NCBI GenBank assembly: GCA_029820995.1
Contig: JALGUG010000127.1
Coordinates: forward strand, 1 to 13,002
Length of the DNA: 13,002 bases
Direction of reading: 5' to 3'
Source of the DNA: Candidatus Zipacnadia bacterium
GTDB taxonomy: Bacteria; Armatimonadota; Zipacnadia; JALGUG01
Both the position numbers and the translations under genes were made by a program. Of this stretch, positions 7,337 to 13,002 are shown in pieces; positions within the stretch are counted from its first letter, which is position 1, and every line of letters begins with the position of its first letter. The notes beneath the pieces are model-generated. The model searched no databases. It saw only the letters and a program-made list of their open reading frames with translations, and was not told the DNA's origin.

Positions 7337-8473
7337 ATGTTGGGTTGGGAAGACATGATTAATGTCGGCATGATCGGCTATCAGTTCATGGGCAAGGCCC
7401 ACAGCCACGCCTTCAAGGACGTGGCCATGTTCTTCCAGCCGCGGCTCCAGCCGGTTATGAAGGTCCTGTGTGGCCGCACCGAGGACCGGCTGCGAGAAGC
7501 CGCGCAGCTCTACGGTTGGGAGGAGACCGAGACCGATTGGCAGCGCCTGGTCGCCCGCGACGACCTCGGGCTCATTGACATCGCCGGCCCCAACTGGCTC
7601 CACGCACCGGCCGCCATCGCTGCCGCGGAGGCCGGCAAGCACATCTTGCTCGAAAAGCCCATGGCCACCAGCGTCGAGGACGCCGAGCGGATGGTCGCCG
7701 CCGTCGAGCGGGCCGGCGTCGTGCACATGGTCGGCTTCAACTACCGTCGCGTGCCCGCTGTCGGTCTCGCCAAGCGCCTGATTAACGAGGGAGCCCTCGG
7801 CGAGGTGCGCCACTTCCGCGGCACCTATCTGCAGGACTGGCTGGTATCACCCGACGTGCCGCTGGTCTGGAAAATCCGCCGGGAAACCGCCGGCTCCGGG
7901 GCGCACGGCGACCTCAACGCCCACCAGATTGACCTCGCGCGCTGGCTGGTGGGCGAAATCGAGTCCGTCGTGGGCATGAGCGAGACCTTCATCCGGGAGC
8001 GCCCGCTGCCGGACGGCTCCGGAAGCGGACCCGTGGACGTGGACGACGCCACCGCCTTCCTGGCCCGGTTCCGGACGGGCGCCCTGGGCACCTTTGAGAC
8101 CACGCGCCTCGCTCCGGGCCGCAAGAACTACAACCGCTTCGAGATCAACGGCAGCGAGGGCAGCCTCGTGTTCAACTTTGAGCGCATGAACGAGCTGCAA
8201 TTCTACTCCACGCAGGACCCGGCCCACGCGCGCGGCTTCCGCACCATCCTGGCCACCGAATCCGACCACCCGTACATCTCTCACTGGTGGCCGCCGGGCC
8301 ACGTCATCGGCTACGAGCAGACCTTCGTCAACGAGATCGCCGACCTGCTCGACTGCATCGCTGACGGCAAGCCCGCCTGGCCCGACTTCCACGACGGCCT
8401 GGCCAATCAGCGCGTGCTCGCCGCAGTCGAGAGGTCCGTCGAGACCGGTCGGTGGGAGCAAGTGAGCGCCTGA
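7337..8473 (+). CDS. Gfo/Idh/MocA family NAD(P)-dependent oxidoreductase
   Basis: 378-aa ORF. N-terminal Rossmann motif VGMIGYQFMGKAH. EKP motif (LLEKPMA). C-terminal alpha/beta domain typical of the family. ATG 7337 or the in-frame ATG 7355 (MINVGMIGY...) could be the start. Confidence 0.9.
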   Translation: MLGWEDMINVGMIGYQFMGKAHSHAFKDVAMFFQPRLQPVMKVLCGRTEDRLREAAQLYGWEETETDWQRLVARDDLGLIDIAGPNWLHAPAAIAAAEAGKHILLEKPMATSVEDAERMVAAVERAGVVHMVGFNYRRVPAVGLAKRLINEGALGEVRHFRGTYLQDWLVSPDVPLVWKIRRETAGSGAHGDLNAHQIDLARWLVGEIESVVGMSETFIRERPLPDGSGSGPVDVDDATAFLARFRTGALGTFETTRLAPGRKNYNRFEINGSEGSLVFNFERMNELQFYSTQDPAHARGFRTILATESDHPYISHWWPPGHVIGYEQTFVNEIADLLDCIADGKPAWPDFHDGLANQRVLAAVERSVETGRWEQVSA

Positions 8474-8628
8474 GGGCCGCAGCATGATTGGTAACGCTCC
8501 TCACTGCTCCATCGTTGCAGTAGGGCTAATATCCAAAGAACTGGAAGCGGCTTCAAAACCCTTGTAGGAGGCGCGATTGGTGCTCGTCGTTGAGGTTATG
8601 AAACCACCTCCAGCCGGAGAGTGATTTT

Positions 8629-8802
8629 ATGCCGACCTATGAGTTTGAGTGCGAGGCTTGCCACCAAATCTTCGAACGCCGACTGAGCGTTTCCCAGCGG
8701 GACAAGGGCGGCCCGTGCCCGCACTGCAAGAGCAAGAAAACCAAACGGGTCATGTCCGCCTTCCTCGCGGGCGTCAAGTGTGCGCCCTCCGGCGGCACTT
8801 GA
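8629..8802 (+). CDS. FmdB-family zinc-ribbon protein (57 aa)
   Basis: Not in the ORF track (<60 aa). ATG 8629 with GGAGAG 8 nt upstream. Product MPTYEFECEACHQIFERRLSVSQRDKGGPCPHCKSKKTKRVMSAFLAGVKCAPSGGT has the characteristic MPxYEF-C-x2-C ... CPxC pattern of the FmdB zinc-ribbon family. Stop TGA 8800-8802. Confidence 0.75.
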   Translation: MPTYEFECEACHQIFERRLSVSQRDKGGPCPHCKSKKTKRVMSAFLAGVKCAPSGGT

Positions 8803-8845
8803 AGTCTCACGGGGTAGGCAGCGGTCGCTGCCCAAGCAAGCAACG

Positions 8846-8869
8846 AGGCCCTCGCACCGGCGAGGGCCT
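8846..8869. terminator. Bidirectional hairpin terminator between convergent genes
   Basis: AGGCCCTCGC (8846-8855), loop ACCG, GCGAGGGCCT (8860-8869): a perfect 10-bp GC-rich stem, followed by TCGTCTTG on the + strand. It sits between the FmdB stop (8802) and the stop of the minus-strand 596-aa gene (8901). Confidence 0.5.
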
Positions 8870-8900
8870 TCGTCTTGCGGTATCACCTCAAAGCATGGCG

Positions 8901-10691
8901 CTACGGACCATCACGATCATCGCTTTCTATGCCCTTGCGCCTCAGTTCGGCCGATACCGCCTCTGCGAATGCCTTTCCGGGCCTCTTTTCTGCTCTGCGC
9001 GCCACCTCTTGCGCGACCTTACCTCGCATGTGCGCCGGCGTCGCCGCTCGTGCTTGCTCCCAAGTCTTGGCTGCCATGAGTTCGGACAGGATCTCCGCAG
9101 CCACGGGAGCGCGCTCGGCGGTCCAGTCTTCGTACGCGACCGCCCACACGCCCCAGGGCCACAACAAGCCGGTCGCCGGGTGGTCTTGTCCTGTGAACTG
9201 CCGACACGAAACGGTCAGGAGCAAGCCGACGACTGCCGACGCTAGAGCGACGGTGGTGAGCCCGGCGAGCGAAAACAGCCGCACAGAAAGCGGCAGTCGG
9301 ACGCGGCGATTCCACACGCCGTCACCCGCCTTTCGCGCCGCGCGCCTCAAACGACAGACGTGCCAGTTCTCCGCCACAAGAGCCGCGAAGCCCAGGGCGA
9401 TAAACCCAAATCCCGCGAATTGCGGCAGATCACTTCCTGCTGACTCATGAGAGGCTGTGGGGAAACGGCTGCACCACAGCGCGCCCATGGCTATGCCCGA
9501 GACCAGACCTACTCCGGCAAACGCCGGGAGTGCGGTGCGCCCTCCGGCCGGAGTCGCGACATCCAGGAGCCTCATTCTCCCCCTGTGGACGACCCCTTCG
9601 AATCCGCTGTAGACCGGTAGCAGAGCAGCAGCTATGCCCAAAGCCCAAAGGCCCATTGCTATCCCAAGCGCCATCACGAGCAAGTGCATCGTATCAGGCA
9701 GGCTCGTCGCCCGCGCGATCACACGCGTCGTCTCGGCCTGCCAGGCGCTCGCACGCGCCAGGTTCTCCCAGCGCTGCGGGTCGCGCTCCGCCAGGTACGC
9801 CAGAGCCTTGCCCCGCGCCGATATCGGGAACAGGGCATTCAAGGTCCAGTGAGCGTGGGTCGCGCCGGGCTTCCTGTCTGGATAGGCCACTGCCCACCTG
9901 GTATGTGCGAGCTTGAGCCCCACTTGCTCCAGCAGGCGCAACAGCCCTTCCGCTTGCCGGCGGTTGCCGTGCACGCCCTCGGCGGCCGCCCGCACGCCGA
10001 GGGACCGGCAGCCATCCAGGATCAGCTCCGATTGCATCAAGGGGTCGGTCGGCACGAAGTTGGCCCACCGGCGCCACGGCGCGGGCAGCACGGGCACAAT
10101 GATCGGGTCGCGCCGAGCAACCGCGGAGCCTAATCGCTGTTCCGCCTCCGCCATGTCGCCTTGACTGGCTGCCGCCATTCCCGCCACCAGCTCCCATAGC
10201 GGCTCGTCAGGCTGTACCCTCCGGAGAACCCCCAATTCCCGAATGGCCTCGGCGGGCACCGGGCCCCCATGGTGCGCGTCCCACTCCCGCAGGCTGACGC
10301 GCAGCCGCAGCCACGCCACCCACTCCTCGGGCGCACCGGCACGCTCGGCCGCGTCTATCTCCGGTTCCGGCCGGGCCGGCGGCTCCTCTGCGCCAATCCA
10401 GTGGCCGAGAATGCCCTCCGCAGCGGCCAAATGCCGCAGGCGCTTGTCGCGCCCCAGACGCATCCACCGGGGCGGCTTGCCGGGATTGCTGTTGAGATCC
10501 CACGGCAGGATCACGAACTGGAATCCGATCCACGCCACCGCGATAACGAGAATCGGCCAGCAGATTACGCCGCAGACGGCCAGCAAGCGTCGCTGTCGCC
10601 GTGCCTCGGGCGAGGTGATACGCAGACGCACCTCCCGCCGCAGCCGCCCGCGAGCCTGTTTTCGCTCACCGCCGCTCGGTGCCTGAGCCAT
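8901..10691 (-). CDS. Uncharacterised 596-aa membrane protein. Layout: basic cytoplasmic N-terminus, one TM, ~300-aa helical soluble region, five C-terminal TM helices, charged C-terminal tail. Co-operonic with the SPFH gene
   Basis: ATG 10691-10689 is preceded by a strong RBS GGGGAGGA (7-nt spacer) and lies 32 nt after the SPFH stop. The ORF-track version starting at 11096 would overlap 372 nt of the SPFH gene in another frame and has no RBS. TM segments include LLAVCGVICWPILVIAVAWIGFQFVIL, HLLVMALGIAMGLWALGIAAALL, LPAFAGVGLVSGIAMGALW, FAGFGFIALGFAALVA and LFSLAGLTTVALASAVVGLLLTV. No family recognised by eye. Confidence 0.65.
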   Translation of the reverse strand: MAQAPSGGERKQARGRLRREVRLRITSPEARRQRRLLAVCGVICWPILVIAVAWIGFQFVILPWDLNSNPGKPPRWMRLGRDKRLRHLAAAEGILGHWIGAEEPPARPEPEIDAAERAGAPEEWVAWLRLRVSLREWDAHHGGPVPAEAIRELGVLRRVQPDEPLWELVAGMAAASQGDMAEAEQRLGSAVARRDPIIVPVLPAPWRRWANFVPTDPLMQSELILDGCRSLGVRAAAEGVHGNRRQAEGLLRLLEQVGLKLAHTRWAVAYPDRKPGATHAHWTLNALFPISARGKALAYLAERDPQRWENLARASAWQAETTRVIARATSLPDTMHLLVMALGIAMGLWALGIAAALLPVYSGFEGVVHRGRMRLLDVATPAGGRTALPAFAGVGLVSGIAMGALWCSRFPTASHESAGSDLPQFAGFGFIALGFAALVAENWHVCRLRRAARKAGDGVWNRRVRLPLSVRLFSLAGLTTVALASAVVGLLLTVSCRQFTGQDHPATGLLWPWGVWAVAYEDWTAERAPVAAEILSELMAAKTWEQARAATPAHMRGKVAQEVARRAEKRPGKAFAEAVSAELRRKGIESDDRDGP

Positions 10692-10723
10692 CGCTGTGTC
10701 CTCCCCGCGCCGCCCGACGGCGC

Positions 10724-11686
10724 CTAGGCCTCCGGGTTGCTCTCTGGTGGCTCGCCGCCGCTCTGCAGGCTCTTGAGCTTGTTGGTGATGCCGTACACGC
10801 CGATCGGCGCGGGCATTCCCAGGTGCGATTCCGTCGGCACGAAGACCACGGTCGCCTTGCCCTCCATGCACATCTCGTACAGCATGTTCATCGAGCGAAG
10901 CTGCAGCGCCACCGCGTCCTTCTCGTAGATCTGCGCGGCGTCCAGAATGGTCTGGGCCGCCAGCTTCTCGGCCTCGGCCAGCCTCAACCGCGCCCGCTTC
11001 TCGCGTTCCGCCGCGGGCTCGCGCGCGATAGCGTCCTCCAGCGCCTCCGAGATCACGACCTCCTTGATCTCCACATTCGGCACTTTGATGCCCCACTCGT
11101 CCGTGAGCTCGTCCAGCGCCTTCTGCATCCGTTCACTGAGCCGCTCGCGCTCGGAGAGCAGCTCATCCAAATGGGCCTTGCCGATCAGGTCGCGCAAGAT
11201 CGTCTGCGCCCCGAGCTGGGTTGCGGCGCGGTAGTTCTCAACCTTCAGAACCGCCGCCTCCGCGTCGTCCACCCGGTAGTACACGATCGCGTCCACCGTG
11301 ACCGGGATGTTGTCCTTGGTCAGCGATTTCTGCTTCGGCACGTCGTACGTCATGAGCCGGAGGTCTACAGTGTACGGCGTGGTATCGAAGATTGGCACGA
11401 TCCAGAAGAGCCCCGGCCCGCGCATCGCCTGGAACTTCCCCAGTCGCAGCACAGCGATCCGTTCCCACTGATTGGCCACCTTCACGCCGGACGCCGCCAC
11501 AATGCCGATCAGCAGCGCCACAACAGCCGCAAGCATGCCGACTATGGGGTTGTACAAGGTCAGCAAGATAACAGGCAGCGCCAAGATGACCTCGACGACC
11601 ACGAACGCCACAAAGGCTACCGTGCCGGTATTGCTCCTGCTCGTCGGTCTCGGCATTTGGGTACCTCTTCCTGCTGCGGGGACCAT
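10724..11686 (-). CDS. Stomatin-like SPFH/band-7 (PHB) domain membrane protein
   Basis: ATG 11686-11684 is preceded by a near-perfect SD AAAGGAGGGGAGGGAG. N-terminal hydrophobic hairpin (VAFVAFVVVEVILALPVILL...GMLAAVVALLIGIVAASG). The following sequence has clear stomatin similarity: ERIAVLRLGKFQAMRGPGLFWIVPIFD...VDLR..YDVPKQKSLTKDNIPVTVDAIVYYRV...WGIKVPNVEIKEV, then a coiled-coil, Ala/Glu-rich tail. The 11896 start in the track adds an RBS-less Arg-rich extension. Confidence 0.9.
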   Translation of the reverse strand: MVPAAGRGTQMPRPTSRSNTGTVAFVAFVVVEVILALPVILLTLYNPIVGMLAAVVALLIGIVAASGVKVANQWERIAVLRLGKFQAMRGPGLFWIVPIFDTTPYTVDLRLMTYDVPKQKSLTKDNIPVTVDAIVYYRVDDAEAAVLKVENYRAATQLGAQTILRDLIGKAHLDELLSERERLSERMQKALDELTDEWGIKVPNVEIKEVVISEALEDAIAREPAAEREKRARLRLAEAEKLAAQTILDAAQIYEKDAVALQLRSMNMLYEMCMEGKATVVFVPTESHLGMPAPIGVYGITNKLKSLQSGGEPPESNPEA

Positions 11687-11898
11687 CTCCCTCCCCTCCT
11701 TTCGGGACCAATCCTCTGCCCTAGCAAGAATCTTGCCAAGCCGTGAGCCTGTCGCGCCGGGAGAATTAGCCGTCTGCCTCGAGCGCTGCCCTATCGGGGT
11801 ATTCTGCAAGGCCGCCAATTGCCACCGTCGGTTCTTTCTGGTAGACTCACGAGTAGCGACGGCCTGACGCCGGACCGAGGGAGCATCCCTCCGCACCC

Positions 11899-12639
11899 AT
11901 GATTCCGCTTTACGACAACATTCGCCACGAACGCAAGCCCTACGTCAACTACTGTCTGATCGGTGTCTGCGTGGTCGTGTTCATCGCGCAGATGCTACGG
12001 CCCGACAAGGGGATGAACTGGGCCTTCGTCCCCGGAGACCTGCTCTCCATCAAGGCCATTGAGCAGCGCGGCTTCCCGGCCGTGTACGGTGGCCTGTTTC
12101 TCTCGATGTTTATGCACGGTGGCCTCTTGCACATCGGCGGCAACATGTTGTTCCTGTGGGTGTTCGGGGACAATGTCGAGGACCGCCTGGGCCACGCCAA
12201 GTATTTGGGTTTCTACCTCCTCTGCGGCATCATCGCGGGTCTGTGTCACGCCCTCTACACGTACTTCAAGCTGCTGATCTTCGGCATCCCGGTGGGCCAC
12301 CCGCCGGAAGCGGCCATCCCCACAGTCGGCGCCAGTGGCGCTGTCGCAGGTGTATTGGGCGCCTACATTCGCCTCTTTCCCGGTGCCTTGGTGCGCTCCC
12401 TGGTGTTCCTGTTCTTCTTCGCCTTCTTTGCCGACCTGCCCGCCTTCCTGTTCATCGGCATCTGGTTCTTGATGCAGGCCCTGGGCGGCTACACCGCCCT
12501 GTTCTCCAGCTTCGGCGGCGGTGTGGCCGTCTGGGCGCACATTGGGGGCTTCGTCGCCGGCTACATCATGGTCCGTCTAATGCTCCCTCGCCGCCGGCCG
12601 CCGCGCCGGCCGCGCTACAACCTCCGCGTGCTGGACTAG
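11899..12639 (+). CDS. Rhomboid-family intramembrane serine protease
   Basis: 246 aa. TM2 motif HGGLLHIGGNMLFLWVFGDNVEDRLG (H-x4-H-x3-N). Catalytic serine in GASGAVAGVLGAY (GxSG). Catalytic histidine in AHIGGFVAGY. Basic C-terminal tail. Divergent from the SPFH operon across a 212-nt intergenic region. Confidence 0.9.
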   Translation: MIPLYDNIRHERKPYVNYCLIGVCVVVFIAQMLRPDKGMNWAFVPGDLLSIKAIEQRGFPAVYGGLFLSMFMHGGLLHIGGNMLFLWVFGDNVEDRLGHAKYLGFYLLCGIIAGLCHALYTYFKLLIFGIPVGHPPEAAIPTVGASGAVAGVLGAYIRLFPGALVRSLVFLFFFAFFADLPAFLFIGIWFLMQALGGYTALFSSFGGGVAVWAHIGGFVAGYIMVRLMLPRRRPPRRPRYNLRVLD

Positions 12640-12725
12640 AAGCTGTTCCATAGGCCCTGTAGCAGGCGCCATTGCCGTTGGTCGTTGAGGTTATGAAGGC
12701 ACTTCTAGCCTCTCTGCCGTGCGTC

Positions 12726-12765
12726 GTCGGAGGGGCCGGACTGCGGTCGGAGGGGCCGGACTGCG
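12726..12765. repeat. Perfect tandem direct repeat, 2 x 20 nt (GTCGGAGGGGCCGGACTGCG), in the intergenic region upstream of the URO-D-like gene
   Basis: Direct reading: units at 12726-12745 and 12746-12765 are identical. The preceding GCGTC (12721-12725) is a partial third unit. Confidence 0.9.
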
Positions 12766-12898
12766 TCCAAACGACCGCGTAGTAGTCGGAAAGCATCCGG
12801 CCCGCAAGAGCTCTACCTCGGCGCTGTGTGGAAGGTCCCTCCTCGCCGACGGAGAACGAAGCCCCACGCCCCAACCTGCGGCGCAGCAGAGGGCACTC

Positions 12899-13002
12899 GT
12901 GAATCCCCGCGAACGCTACCTGGAGACCATCCTGTTCGGCAACCCCGACAAGATCCCCTTTCGGCCCGGCGGCCCCCGCGAGTCCACCCTCGCCGCTTGG
13001 CA
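12899..13002 (+). CDS. Uroporphyrinogen decarboxylase (URO-D/MtaA-CmuA-like) family protein, 5' part only
   Basis: GTG 12899 opens a frame with no stop to the window end, giving VNPRERYLETILFGNPDKIPFRPGGPRESTLAAW. This resembles the conserved N-termini of URO-D-family (methyltransferase-like) proteins. The frame is open upstream to 12689, so the exact start is uncertain. Confidence 0.4.
   Translation, partial: MNPRERYLETILFGNPDKIPFRPGGPRESTLAAW

Noticed and set aside
8598-8624. 9-codon uORF MKPPPAGE (polyproline) inside motif copy 1 upstream of FmdB
   Set aside because: The SD-to-ATG spacing is too short. The corresponding ORF in motif copy 2 is unrelated in peptide sequence, so conservation is at the nucleotide level rather than the peptide level.
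10692-11096. N-terminal 135-aa extension of the 8901-11096 ORF
   Set aside because: It overlaps the 3' end of the SPFH gene by 372 nt in a different frame. It is Gly/Arg-rich low complexity, whereas the internal ATG at 10691 has a strong RBS.
1-13002. Mobile elements, CRISPR arrays, rRNA
   Set aside because: No transposase- or integrase-like ORFs, no terminal inverted repeats flanking a block, no regularly spaced repeat-spacer array, and no rRNA-like conserved segments.

Overview
This is a high-GC (about 65-68%) bacterial chromosomal segment with Shine-Dalgarno-type ribosome-binding sites. It is densely coding and shows no rRNA, tRNA, CRISPR, transposase or integrase signatures.

The supportable genes, in order, are:
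- (-) a partial acylphosphatase-domain gene running off the left edge
- (-) a HemL-like class-III PLP aminotransferase, translationally coupled (GTGA overlap) to an upstream small secreted protein
- (+) a small signal-peptide protein with an internal TEPGV repeat
- (-) a GHL10-like TIM-barrel glycoside-hydrolase-like protein
- (-) a ~660-aa polytopic membrane protein of unknown family
- (+) a six-bladed NHL-repeat lipoprotein
- (-) an 82-aa TM-anchored Cys-rich (CxxC..CxxH) protein
- (+) a Gfo/Idh/MocA NAD(P)-dependent oxidoreductase
- (+) a 57-aa FmdB-family zinc-ribbon gene, missed by the ORF track, followed by a bidirectional hairpin terminator
- (-) a stomatin-like SPFH/band-7 gene followed 32 nt later by an uncharacterised 596-aa multi-TM protein
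- (+) a divergently transcribed rhomboid intramembrane serine protease
- (+) the 5' end of a uroporphyrinogen-decarboxylase (URO-D/MtaA)-family gene at the right edge

The most interesting locus is the SPFH, unknown 596-aa membrane protein and rhomboid arrangement. Here a rhomboid, rather than the usual NfeD protease, is the neighbouring protease partner of the stomatin.

Non-coding observations:
- a 30-nt motif (17 nt identical) occurs in two separate intergenic regions
- a perfect 2 x 20-nt tandem direct repeat lies upstream of the URO-D-like gene
- direct and inverted repeats sit in two divergent promoter regions
- an unusually long (325 nt) intergenic leader with nested stem-loop potential lies upstream of the oxidoreductase gene

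The many long ORFs antisense to real genes are treated as high-GC artefacts.
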